Assembly: GCA_017864995.1 (NCBI GenBank)
Contig: GCA_017864995.1_4097.1
Direction: 5' to 3' (one strand)
DNA length: 64,000 nt
Origin: a phage
The notes beneath the pieces are model-generated. The model did not search any database, had not been told where the DNA came from, and saw only the letters and a list, made by a program, of their open reading frames with translations. Position numbers and translations under genes: made by a program. Positions 17,194 to 25,907 of this stretch are shown here, in pieces (positions within the stretch are counted from its first letter, which is position 1; every line of letters starts with the position of its first letter).

Positions 17194-17373
17194 ATGGCTA
17201 TCATCGCAAAAACTGAAATCGTTGGTCTGGATTCTATCATCATGACGTTTGAAGATCAAAAAGGTATGTATGTAGTTTCATATGGTGATTATGTTCGGGA
17301 GTATGAAACGGTAGACGAAGCCTTTGAAAGTTATATTCGCCAGGTGAATAAAGCATACGACGACTACCGCTAA
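17194..17373 (+). CDS. hypothetical protein (59 aa, below track cutoff)
   Basis: MAIIAKTEIVGLD; class II promoter upstream; RBS AAGGAA. Confidence 0.5.
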   Translation: MAIIAKTEIVGLDSIIMTFEDQKGMYVVSYGDYVREYETVDEAFESYIRQVNKAYDDYR

Positions 17374-17463
17374 AATATATTACCAGTACTATTGACAACG
17401 TTTGATAGTACTGTATAATAAGTTTTATAAACAGTAGTTAACTTAACCTAAGAGAGAAATAAA

Positions 17464-17607
17464 ATGATCGCACTGGATTCATTCATCGACGCAGTACTGG
17501 CAAAAACTGGCGAGGATCTGACCGCAGAACAATACGCGATGATCGAGCAATGTCAGCAAAACGGTAAATCGGTGAAAGATACTGTTAAGATTATCCGCAA
17601 GATGTAA
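17464..17607 (+). CDS. hypothetical protein (47 aa)
   Basis: MIALDSFIDAVLAK; class II promoter upstream; terminator downstream. Confidence 0.45.
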   Translation: MIALDSFIDAVLAKTGEDLTAEQYAMIEQCQQNGKSVKDTVKIIRKM

Positions 17608-17613
17608 TATTAT

Positions 17614-17643
17614 AGCCCACTGGTTAACGCTGGTGGGCTTTAA
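17614..17643 (+). terminator. terminator-like hairpin
   Basis: AGCCCAC-N12-GTGGGCT then TTTAATC; stem contains GCTGGTGG. Confidence 0.45.
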
Positions 17644-17706
17644 TCATTTACCCTATACAATGCCAGTACTCAACCGTTTATCTCGTTAGAATGCGTTACA
17701 GGACGT

Positions 17707-17919
17707 TTGACAATGATTAGCATGAAATCAGTACAAAAACAAATAGAAACATTATCAAAAATTAAACGTAAACAGTACTCGTTAGAATATACAATCAATG
17801 GTAACTATCATCTAATGAAAGAGAATAATTTCATTGTCATTGATGAATCATTGCAAGTTATTAGTATAGTACTGAAAGCATTAATCAATGACAGAAAAAA
17901 AATTAAAATAATCTATTGA
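17707..17919 (+). CDS. hypothetical protein (70 aa)
   Basis: ORF only; weak RBS and no clear promoter. Confidence 0.3.
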   Translation: MTMISMKSVQKQIETLSKIKRKQYSLEYTINGNYHLMKENNFIVIDESLQVISIVLKALINDRKKIKIIY

Positions 17920-18240
17920 CAATATCCTCCAGTACTGGCATAATACTTACATCAAGACGAGAACGTCACTAACCCATAGGGTGCACAAATGTAACTATAT
18001 AATATCGATCAATAAATGATCAAAAAAGTACTGGATCAATTTAGCATAAGGCGTATAATTCTGATCAATTCTTGATCAAAGGCAATATACGCAGTTGAAT
18101 TTATATAGACAGTACAAAGGCGTTACTATCCGTGGTAATGCTGGTGGATATGTAGTATCATGTGGTTTGAATAAGATTAGCACTAGTAGTATTATTGTAG
18201 CATTACAGTACTATAGTATTTTTATAATGAGGTTAAAATA

Positions 18241-18498
18241 ATGGCAGTAGGATACGCGAAAGACGGGGCCGAACAAGACGAGATTAACGCAGTGATTCAG
18301 GCAGCCGTTAACCACGCTAGAAAGCAAATTAACGCACAAAGAGAATCACTGGTACATTGCCTCGACTGCGGCGATAAAATCCCTGAGAATCGACGCCAGG
18401 CCGTTATAGGGTGCATGTATTGTATTACTTGCCAGGAGGATCATGATAGTACTTTTAAAAGAGATCCGCGTAATTGTTGGCATAGATCTATGAGATAA
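18241..18498 (+). CDS. TraR/DksA-family C4 zinc-finger protein
   Basis: RKQINAQ...CLDCGDKIPENRRQAVIGCMYCITCQ matches the TraR-type C-x2-C-G-x2-IPE-x-RR...C-x2-CQ pattern. Confidence 0.7.
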   Translation: MAVGYAKDGAEQDEINAVIQAAVNHARKQINAQRESLVHCLDCGDKIPENRRQAVIGCMYCITCQEDHDSTFKRDPRNCWHRSMR

Positions 18499-18505
18499 AA
18501 AGTAA

Positions 18506-18533
18506 TTGACAGTACTGAAAGATAGTGTATAAT
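18506..18533 (+). promoter_or_regulatory. promoter TTGACA-16-TATAAT
   Basis: AGTACTG in spacer; upstream of GNAT-like gene. Confidence 0.5.
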
Positions 18534-18562
18534 GTTTTATATCTTAACTGAGGATAGTAATC

Positions 18563-18919
18563 ATGGGAATACAACATATCACGCGTACTACTGACAATGG
18601 CGAGATCACTGGTTATCAGGTACAGGGCAAAGTAGCACAATTGCAGTACTGGTTTGTTAAACGTGGAATCATTGCACCGGATCTTGATTATGACCGTGTA
18701 GCGTTTATTGATTCTCTTTATGTTGATCCTGATAGTCGGGGCAATGGTGAAGGTAACGAATTAATGAATGCCTTTATTGATGCCGCCGATGATTCAGATT
18801 GTATCATCTTAGAATGCGATACGGGAGAAGATAACGCCTTTAATCTTAAAGAATGGTACGAAGGTTTCGGATTCGAGGTATTGATAGATAGTGAATATCC
18901 TATCATGATTTTATCATAG
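18563..18919 (+). CDS. putative GNAT-like acetyltransferase (small)
   Basis: LYVDPDSRGNGEGNELMNAFIDAA resembles GNAT motif A (R-x-x-G-x-G/A); weak call. Confidence 0.35.
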   Translation: MGIQHITRTTDNGEITGYQVQGKVAQLQYWFVKRGIIAPDLDYDRVAFIDSLYVDPDSRGNGEGNELMNAFIDAADDSDCIILECDTGEDNAFNLKEWYEGFGFEVLIDSEYPIMILS

Positions 18920-18996
18920 TACTTGCATTTAGTTTTCAGTACTGTTATAGTACTTGCATCAAGGGGAAATATCTTCCCCTACTAAGAGGAAATAAA

Positions 18997-19185
18997 ATGG
19001 AAAACTTATCAAGTATTTTAGTACAAGATGATTTCGGTAATCCTGGAAGTGCTATCATTGTTCGGGGCAATAAAGCAACGTTTGTTATTGCTGGTGGACC
19101 CGTACAGCGTAGCATTAAAAATAATGCTGTTACCATTAATAATGTACGCTATCGCTTAGATAAAGAATTAATTCATAAACTGTAA
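18997..19185 (+). CDS. hypothetical protein (62 aa)
   Basis: MENLSSILVQDD; promoter plus hairpin GGGGAAAT..TTCCCC upstream. Confidence 0.55.
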   Translation: MENLSSILVQDDFGNPGSAIIVRGNKATFVIAGGPVQRSIKNNAVTINNVRYRLDKELIHKL

Positions 19186-19270
19186 AAAAGTACTGGACAA
19201 TAGATTATAGTACTGTATAATAGTTTACATGAAGGGGAGAAATGATTCTCCCCACTAAGAGGAAAGAAAA

Positions 19271-19483
19271 ATGCAAGGTCAACTAATCGTTCGTAAATGG
19301 TCTGATACTAACGAAAAACCGTGGGATGTACAATACATCGCCCCCAATGGTGAATCCAGATATCAACCAGGTGTAACGCATAGTACTGAGCAATTCGCCG
19401 CCGCTCATCGCGAACGTCTGTTACAATCAATGCAGCAAGGTTCCGGTGAAAAATTCATTCAGGATCATTGGCTGAAAGATTAA
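19271..19483 (+). CDS. hypothetical protein (70 aa)
   Basis: MQGQLIVRKW; promoter plus hairpin upstream. Confidence 0.55.
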   Translation: MQGQLIVRKWSDTNEKPWDVQYIAPNGESRYQPGVTHSTEQFAAAHRERLLQSMQQGSGEKFIQDHWLKD

Positions 19484-19569
19484 AAAGTACTTGCACAGTA
19501 CTGAATAAAGTGTATAATGTTTTATATCGGAAGGGGAATAGTTCCCCTCCGAACAAAGAGGAAAGTATA

Positions 19570-19743
19570 ATGGTCCAGGTAGAATTAACAGTACTGAAAG
19601 ATCTGTTTTATCGGATTGGTACTACTGGCGAATATCCGAAGGGTGATAATGCAAAACTTTACGTATCACTCGACTTATGGCAACGCGAACAATTAGCAAC
19701 AGCCTGGCGTAAAGGCAAAGCAGATAGCGAGGTGAAAGCATGA
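19570..19743 (+). CDS. hypothetical protein (57 aa)
   Basis: start MVQVELTVLK after RBS AAAGAGGAAAG; track start 19468 lies in promoter. Confidence 0.5.
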   Translation: MVQVELTVLKDLFYRIGTTGEYPKGDNAKLYVSLDLWQREQLATAWRKGKADSEVKA

Positions 19744-19889
19744 AAGAATTCTTATTTGAAGTAGTGTTTCAAGGTGTCGGCAATAACCAACTGATTCGAT
19801 CAAGTGGTTATAATGTTAACCAGGCATGGAATAACATTAAACAAATGTACCCGAACGCTATCACATATCGCAACCCGAAAGAAGTTTAA
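19740..19889 (+). CDS. hypothetical protein (49 aa)
   Basis: MKEFLFEVVFQGVGNN; ATGA overlap with upstream stop. Confidence 0.4.
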   Translation: MKEFLFEVVFQGVGNNQLIRSSGYNVNQAWNNIKQMYPNAITYRNPKEV

Positions 19890-20204
19890 AAAATAATTGA
19901 AAAAGGGATTGACTCCGGTCAGTCCCTTTGCTATTATATACGCATAGAAACAAATCAGCCCACCGGGTGCATAAATGTATCTATTGTTTGCTGGTGGCTA
20001 GTACTGAAAACTATTTTTAAAAAGTACTTGCATTGTACTTATAATCAAGTATAATGTTTTACATCAGGACGGGGAACGAAATAAGTAACCCCGTTAAGTA
20101 GTCCAGGAGTAAGACATACGAAAAACTCCCCTGATAAAATAGTTTGACAATAGAAAGTAAACGAGTATAATACTTACATCAACCACTGATAAGGAAACAT
20201 AAAA

Positions 20205-20480
20205 ATGCGGATTCTACTGACAGCTAACGAAATCGAACAAGTACTGACTACTAACCTGGAAGACTGGAAACGTGAAGCAGATATCCAGGCGGTTCAATGG
20301 TTAAATGATAAGTTAACGCCGGATGACTTAAGCAAGATTGTAGATCCTCAATTCTACGAAGATATCCACGACACCGCGTTAAGCGTCGAGGATGTACTAG
20401 ATAAGCACTTTATTGATACTGATTTGCAGGTTTACGGTCGTAAAAACTTTATCACTATTCACGACATTTACAATAATTAA
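20205..20480 (+). CDS. hypothetical protein (91 aa)
   Basis: MRILLTANEIEQ; downstream of leader element copy 2 and a second promoter. Confidence 0.55.
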   Translation: MRILLTANEIEQVLTTNLEDWKREADIQAVQWLNDKLTPDDLSKIVDPQFYEDIHDTALSVEDVLDKHFIDTDLQVYGRKNFITIHDIYNN

Positions 20481-20567
20481 GTATTGACAAAGTATCTTAG
20501 TACTGTATAATAGTTTACATCGAGAGGGGGGAATGGTTCCCCTCCTAACTAAAAGAGAGAAATAAAA

Positions 20568-20750
20568 ATGGCTAAGTGCACTATCTGCAAGAAAGAAATA
20601 GTATTAGTTCCAAGTGCCCGTGAACGTGCCGCTCGGTTCGGTGGCAAAGCGTCAGACTATACAAAAATGTTTACTACCCATACAGCTTGCCAGGTAGCAA
20701 AACGTTCACAAGAAAGCGTAGAATTAATGCGTAAACTTTCCAAAAAATAA
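20568..20750 (+). CDS. small Cys-containing protein (possible zinc ribbon)
   Basis: MAKCTICKKE...HTAC; promoter plus hairpin upstream. Confidence 0.5.
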   Translation: MAKCTICKKEIVLVPSARERAARFGGKASDYTKMFTTHTACQVAKRSQESVELMRKLSKK

Positions 20751-20838
20751 GTATTGACAAAGTATCTTAGTACTGTATAATAGTTTACATCAAGTGAGGG
20801 GAAACGGTTCCCCTCCTAACAAAGAGAGAGAAATAAAA

Positions 20839-21162
20839 ATGGCTATGATCCTTGCCCAGAAAGTAGAATTGAAAATTGTAACCTCCTTTGACATTAACGT
20901 TAATCGGTGGACTGATTCACACGGCAATACTTACCACTCTTGCTACGTGTCTGCGTTAATTGGCGACCGCTGGGAAGACCTGGGACACGAAACCTTTACA
21001 TACGGTTACGGTACACAAGGCGAATACACGGGCTTGGAGATCATTAAAGAAACCGTTATAGGTTTCAACCCGAAAGAAAAAGTTATTCACCGCATCGAGG
21101 AAGAGATCAACAAAGAAATAACAGTTCGCTACCACGATGTAAAACGTAAGAAAGACATGTAA
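20839..21162 (+). CDS. hypothetical protein, paralog of 14346-14669
   Basis: MAMILAQKVEL..NRWTDSHGNTYHSC..FTYGYG..VKRKKDM. Confidence 0.6.
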   Translation: MAMILAQKVELKIVTSFDINVNRWTDSHGNTYHSCYVSALIGDRWEDLGHETFTYGYGTQGEYTGLEIIKETVIGFNPKEKVIHRIEEEINKEITVRYHDVKRKKDM

Positions 21163-21257
21163 TAGAATCCATTTAAAGTACTATTTGACATTGCCCAGAT
21201 AGTACTTTATAATAGACTCTAACTTGTAGTACTAACTCAACCAATAGGATGTATACC

Positions 21258-21653
21258 ATGATTACTAAATTCTACGCTACCCGTGAAGCTGCCCGTATTG
21301 TTGCACGCGAGGAAGGAGCAGCATTTAAAGACATGGGAACGACAGCACCGAAAGGTCAACGCTGGGCCGTACAGTTCAAAGAAATCTCTGATATTGTGAA
21401 TTCACCTGAGCCAGTACTAACAGCAGCAGAACTAAAACGAGCGGATATGCTGGCGGCAATACTTGACGCACAAGATGAGTTTATCGCTGATTCTGATATC
21501 AAAGTACAGGTAAACCACACCGCATGGACTCACGCGGATCACCTGGCAAACCTTAAGCGTCCAAGTGAACTGATTCGCAACCAGAAAGAGATCCGACATG
21601 ATCGTAAGGGTAATCGTGTAACAGTATACAGTAAACGCCGCCAGGTTATCTAA
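21258..21653 (+). CDS. hypothetical protein, paralog of 9421-9687
   Basis: MITKFYATREAARIVAREEGAAFKDMG...RKGNRVTVYSKRR. Confidence 0.6.
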   Translation: MITKFYATREAARIVAREEGAAFKDMGTTAPKGQRWAVQFKEISDIVNSPEPVLTAAELKRADMLAAILDAQDEFIADSDIKVQVNHTAWTHADHLANLKRPSELIRNQKEIRHDRKGNRVTVYSKRRQVI

Positions 21654-21675
21654 TAACTTGCAGTACTAACAACAC

Positions 21676-21700
21676 GGCGGGATCAGTTCCCGCCTTTTTT
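21676..21700 (+). terminator. rho-independent terminator
   Basis: GGCGGG-atcagtt-CCCGCC then TTTTTT. Confidence 0.65.
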
Positions 21701-21714
21701 ATAGGACAAACAAA

Positions 21715-21969
21715 ATGATTAAGGTTCAACTATATAAAGATAACATCTTACGGGTACACTATAAAGCACCGAAGAGAATCATCACAAAGGCCGTACAGCT
21801 TGCTAATGAGTTTATTAATGGTAACCTATTACCTAGGAAGTTAAGCAACGGGAAACTGCGTGTAATCGACGTGGACACTAACAACAGGATAGTAATCGAG
21901 AACACAGGAAAGATAAACCTTTATGAGCATCAACAATACAATAAGAAAATAAAACTAATATCACGTTGA
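21715..21969 (+). CDS. hypothetical basic protein (84 aa)
   Basis: MIKVQLYKDN; RBS AGGA. Confidence 0.5.
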   Translation: MIKVQLYKDNILRVHYKAPKRIITKAVQLANEFINGNLLPRKLSNGKLRVIDVDTNNRIVIENTGKINLYEHQQYNKKIKLISR

Positions 21970-22022
21970 CAGTACTCAATTGTTTTAGTACTATGTACAC
22001 ATACCAACACGGGAGAAACAAA

Positions 22023-22241
22023 ATGAAATTATCTAAAATCGAAAAGAAAACTATTGATGAAGCAGTTAAGCACGGTTATACCTTTCGTAATGATTCACAT
22101 TTTACCAATTTTCAACAAGGGTATCGTACTATTAAAAAACTAATTGACAAAGGTTTATTAGTTGAAGTCAATAACGGTAACGGTATCGAGTATCAACCAA
22201 CACAGGACGCATTTTATTTTAAGAAATATAATATTATCTAA
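22023..22241 (+). CDS. hypothetical protein (72 aa)
   Basis: start MKLSKIEKK; shares a duplicated ~60-nt promoter/leader with 22299 gene. Confidence 0.5.
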   Translation: MKLSKIEKKTIDEAVKHGYTFRNDSHFTNFQQGYRTIKKLIDKGLLVEVNNGNGIEYQPTQDAFYFKKYNII

Positions 22242-22298
22242 TTGACAGTACTCAAATGTTTTAGTACTATATGTACATACCAACACGGGGGAAACAAA

Positions 22299-22541
22299 AT
22301 GATTACTTTAGAAAAACGTATCAAAGAAACTACATCGCTGGTGGAACTGTTAACAGTACTCAAATGTAAAACAACACCATTCAGCACGCCGGACTTTATT
22401 AATATGGTTGATGTTAATGGTCGCTATCGTATCACGGTCGAACAAGGAGCGGCGAAAGTATTCAGTACTAAAAACACGAAGGAAGTGATCCACGCCGTTA
22501 ATGTTAAAAAAGTAGTTGCCATTGATAGTAAAGTACTGTAA
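22299..22541 (+). CDS. hypothetical protein (80 aa)
   Basis: start MITLEKRIKE; promoter/leader 22243-22301 near-identical to 21966-22025. Confidence 0.5.
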   Translation: MITLEKRIKETTSLVELLTVLKCKTTPFSTPDFINMVDVNGRYRITVEQGAAKVFSTKNTKEVIHAVNVKKVVAIDSKVL

Positions 22542-22572
22542 TATAGTTTCATTAACTCAAGGAGAACATGCA

Positions 22573-23157
22573 ATGCGTAATTATACAAAATTCATCCGTA
22601 CACTGTCAGAAATGGAAACCAACAAAGAGATCCTTTCAGCTTGTCGGTTAGCTGACCTGGAGATCATCGGTGCTGGTTCTTCCCGTATAGTTTTCGCTTT
22701 AAATGATCGGTTAGTGATTAAGGTCGCGAATTGTGATGCGGGTGTCGAACAAAATGAAACTGAATGTAAGGTATGGAATTTTTTAGACTATGACCGCCCT
22801 CAGTTGAAACAGTACTTTGCAAAGGTGCATATGCATTTATGCGATCCTGATAATATGTTTATCGTTATGGATCGGTTGAGTACTGCAAGCAAAGGCAGTG
22901 TGAAGCACGTAAACGCGTGCAATGAATTAAAGTACAATATTAAACGTAATGCAATCGAACGCCAGCACCGCTTTGCTGATGCACTACAACACGTTGATGA
23001 TACATTATCAACACTAACGATAAGAGATATCAGAAAACAGAATATCGGCCAGGATCGTAATGGACTTATTAAAGTACTTGATTACGGTTTAACCAGCAAT
23101 ATCTGGAATCAGTACTATAAAAAGCGTGATGTGGCAGCAAGTAAAGTAACACGATAA
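22573..23157 (+). CDS. putative protein-kinase-like protein
   Basis: IGAGSSRIVF (Gly-rich loop), VIKVA (Lys), IRDIRKQNIG (HRD-like loop), LDYG (DFG-like); RBS AAGGAGAA. Confidence 0.4.
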   Translation: MRNYTKFIRTLSEMETNKEILSACRLADLEIIGAGSSRIVFALNDRLVIKVANCDAGVEQNETECKVWNFLDYDRPQLKQYFAKVHMHLCDPDNMFIVMDRLSTASKGSVKHVNACNELKYNIKRNAIERQHRFADALQHVDDTLSTLTIRDIRKQNIGQDRNGLIKVLDYGLTSNIWNQYYKKRDVAASKVTR

Positions 23158-23378
23158 AAAAGATTAAAAAAGGGATTGACTTCGGTCAGTCCCTTTGCTA
23201 TTATATATTCATTGAGAGATAACTCACTGACCCATAGGGTGCGGAAGTGTATCTATTATATAAGTATTCAGTACTGAAAACTATTTTTAAAAAAGTACTT
23301 GCATTGTACTTAGAATCAAGTATAATGTTTTATATCGAGAGGGGGAAATGGTTCTCCCTGGCAATAAGGAATAAAATC

Positions 23379-23600
23379 ATGACTACAATGACTTGCATTT
23401 ACGCTTCCAATCGTCTGAATGATGCGGCCTTTAATGTTGATTCAGAATATCAATGTTATCGGGATGAAAATAAAAAAGTTTTTGTAGTTGATAATAATGG
23501 TTTCCATATTGAATTGCAATCCGGCTTCACTGGCGTTGATGGTAAATCAGTATGGGGCGTACAGGATGATAAAGGTACATATCATTTTAAACGTAATTAA
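23379..23600 (+). CDS. hypothetical protein (73 aa)
   Basis: start MTTMTCIYASN after promoter plus hairpin. Confidence 0.5.
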   Translation: MTTMTCIYASNRLNDAAFNVDSEYQCYRDENKKVFVVDNNGFHIELQSGFTGVDGKSVWGVQDDKGTYHFKRN

Positions 23601-23683
23601 GTATTGACAAAGTATCTTAGTACTGTATAATAGTTTACATCAAGGGGAGAATAGTTCTCCCCAATACAATAAGGAATAAAATC

Positions 23684-24091
23684 ATGTCTACTACTACTAA
23701 TCTCGCTCGGAACATCACTAACGATAAAAATCATGCTGCAATGGTCGCTGGTTACATTGAAGCTATGCAATTCAGTACTGTACATAATGATAACGGCGAT
23801 TACCTGGAAGATTATGAGTTATCTGATGAAGCACGTCAAGCGGCGGTGATTGCATGTTCTCGCTTCATTGAGAAACACGGTAATGATCTGGAAGTAGTTC
23901 GCGGTATGTTTATTGATTACGGTTATGAGCAAGCTGGTCATGATCTGTTCCTTACCCGCGAAGGTCACGGAACTGGTTTTTGGGATCGTGGTTTAGGTCA
24001 CTATGGCGATGTATTCACGAAGTACTGCGAAGAAATCAACGTTTGCGATCCCTATGTAGGCGATGATAACTTAATCTATATGGGCGAATAA
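23684..24091 (+). CDS. hypothetical acidic protein (135 aa)
   Basis: MSTTTNLARN; promoter plus hairpin GGGGAGAA..TTCTCCCC upstream. Confidence 0.6.
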   Translation: MSTTTNLARNITNDKNHAAMVAGYIEAMQFSTVHNDNGDYLEDYELSDEARQAAVIACSRFIEKHGNDLEVVRGMFIDYGYEQAGHDLFLTREGHGTGFWDRGLGHYGDVFTKYCEEINVCDPYVGDDNLIYMGE

Positions 24092-24178
24092 AAGTATTTG
24101 ACAAAGTATATCAGTACTGTATAATAGTTTACATCAAGGGGAGAACTATTCTCCCCACCAATAAAAGGAAACAAAATT

Positions 24179-24451
24179 ATGTCCAGCTACTCCGCTACTA
24201 TGATCATTAAAGATATGAACGGTAATCCTACTTCTGCTGGTGGATCATTTGGAAATATTAACTTAGATGGGCGGTTATCCATGCAATCAGCCATCGATGC
24301 AGCGAAAGAAGTTTTTAAGAATGAATGTACTGTTAGTAAGCTGGATTATATGGGATTCGCTATCGAGAAAACTACTCGTTTTGTGAACTACAAAAATCCA
24401 CTGATGATTGATACTAACCTGAAAGCTAACGAAGTGGGGTACTTATTATGA
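24179..24451 (+). CDS. hypothetical protein (90 aa)
   Basis: MSSYSATMIIKD; promoter plus hairpin upstream. Confidence 0.55.
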   Translation: MSSYSATMIIKDMNGNPTSAGGSFGNINLDGRLSMQSAIDAAKEVFKNECTVSKLDYMGFAIEKTTRFVNYKNPLMIDTNLKANEVGYLL

Positions 24452-24639
24452 CAGTAGAAGAAGTTAAAAAAGTACTGGCAGTACTACGATATCATAATCA
24501 TTGCAAGGTGAAGAATGATCCTGATTATCTTGATTCATCCCTGGAGGAAGACACCTTGAACGCTATAAGCCATATGCAGACATTAGCAAAGCGTATGACT
24601 GAAAAGAACATGCCGGACTATATCGGAAATAAAATTTAA
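24448..24639 (+). CDS. hypothetical protein (63 aa)
   Basis: MTVEEVKKVLAV; ATGA overlap with upstream stop. Confidence 0.5.
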   Translation: MTVEEVKKVLAVLRYHNHCKVKNDPDYLDSSLEEDTLNAISHMQTLAKRMTEKNMPDYIGNKI

Positions 24640-24726
24640 AAAGTACTTGCATTGTAGTTAGATTAACGTATAATGTTTTATATCGAGAGGGGGAAATGGT
24701 TTCCCCTCAAGTCCAGGAGATACACC

Positions 24727-24990
24727 ATGAACACTATCGAAATCACTATCAATGCACACGTATACGACAACGTAGTACTGCAAACTACTATGACCGCCAA
24801 TGATACCAGTACTTTGCGGAATACTGTTATTAGTGCCGTATGTGCCGCTATCGGTGATGTCGCCCTGGAAAATGCAAAACACGTAAACGATGGTTTCACT
24901 ATGTGCAAACGTGATAACGCAAAACATATCATCGTGGAAGGTTACGGCGGTGTAGAATTTAATGTTTATATGAAAAAAGTACTTGCATAA
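24727..24990 (+). CDS. hypothetical protein (87 aa)
   Basis: start MNTIEITINAH after RBS CAGGAGA; track start 24673 lies in promoter. Confidence 0.55.
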   Translation: MNTIEITINAHVYDNVVLQTTMTANDTSTLRNTVISAVCAAIGDVALENAKHVNDGFTMCKRDNAKHIIVEGYGGVEFNVYMKKVLA

Positions 24991-25057
24991 TAACTAAAAC
25001 AAAGTATAATGTTTTGCATAGGGGGAGATATCCTCCCCCACTAAAAGGAGTAATAAA

Positions 25058-25282
25058 ATGGCTAACTTTGATGAACTGATGCGGGAAGTAGCTAACCTGG
25101 CAGAAGAGAAGAAATCATTCGATTCTATCTATAACACCGCTCACCGTGATTCAGTACTGGCATGTAACCAGGAACAAAAAGATGAACTAATCGCCACCTA
25201 TCATGAAGCATGGAAGTACTACCGACAATGGGAGAAAGAAGAAAGTGAGTCTACCATTGACGGCCTCAATAATCTAATCTAA
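25058..25282 (+). CDS. hypothetical protein (74 aa)
   Basis: MANFDELMREVA; promoter plus hairpin GGGGGAGATATCCTCCCCC upstream. Confidence 0.55.
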   Translation: MANFDELMREVANLAEEKKSFDSIYNTAHRDSVLACNQEQKDELIATYHEAWKYYRQWEKEESESTIDGLNNLI

Positions 25283-25358
25283 AAGTTTTATTTCAGTACT
25301 ATTGACATAGCTTGATAGTACTGATGTAATAACTTTACTAACTACAAGGGGAAACATA

Positions 25359-25616
25359 ATGGATCAGTTCACACAATATCGGGTAAATCCTCAAGCTATG
25401 GCCTACGTAGAAGACCATAAAACGTTACCAGTACTGCAACCAGTTAAAGGCCATATCTATCGTGCAATGTCGTGGTGTACGGCCCAGGATGGCTATAAAA
25501 CCGTAGCCGTTGGTATGTATTGCGGTAATGGTGAATGGTTTGATCCAAATAATCCGGTAGCCATTGACAGTACTGAAAAAATGAAATGGGCCGACTACAT
25601 CGAAGATATTTCATAA
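25359..25616 (+). CDS. hypothetical protein (85 aa)
   Basis: MDQFTQYRVNPQ; class II promoter upstream. Confidence 0.55.
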   Translation: MDQFTQYRVNPQAMAYVEDHKTLPVLQPVKGHIYRAMSWCTAQDGYKTVAVGMYCGNGEWFDPNNPVAIDSTEKMKWADYIEDIS

Positions 25617-25706
25617 AAACTATTTGACAGTACTAACCAGTAATGTATAATGTTTTACATAGAGCGGGGGAATAGTTCTCCCGCCAATAGTTTGGAGTAA
25701 AACATT

Positions 25707-25907
25707 ATGTCTATCGCTATCGCCCTGGTTGAAGTACTGAAAGAAGCTAAAGCCAACCAGATCGACGTAAAGATCCAGGAACTACAAAACGGCTTAATCG
25801 GCTGTACTTGTACCGCTGGTGGAGCGGCAGACTATCGAGAACACGAATCACTCGAATCACTGGTTCGGTATCTTACCATGATCGTTGATGATTGGAGAAT
25901 CATCTAA
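25707..25907 (+). CDS. hypothetical protein (66 aa)
   Basis: MSIAIALVEVLK; promoter plus hairpin GCGGGGGAA..TTCTCCCGC upstream. Confidence 0.55.
   Translation: MSIAIALVEVLKEAKANQIDVKIQELQNGLIGCTCTAGGAADYREHESLESLVRYLTMIVDDWRII

Noticed and set aside
24658-24932. Minus-strand ORFs antisense to 24727-24990
   Set aside because: No expression signals; all supported genes in this block are on the + strand.
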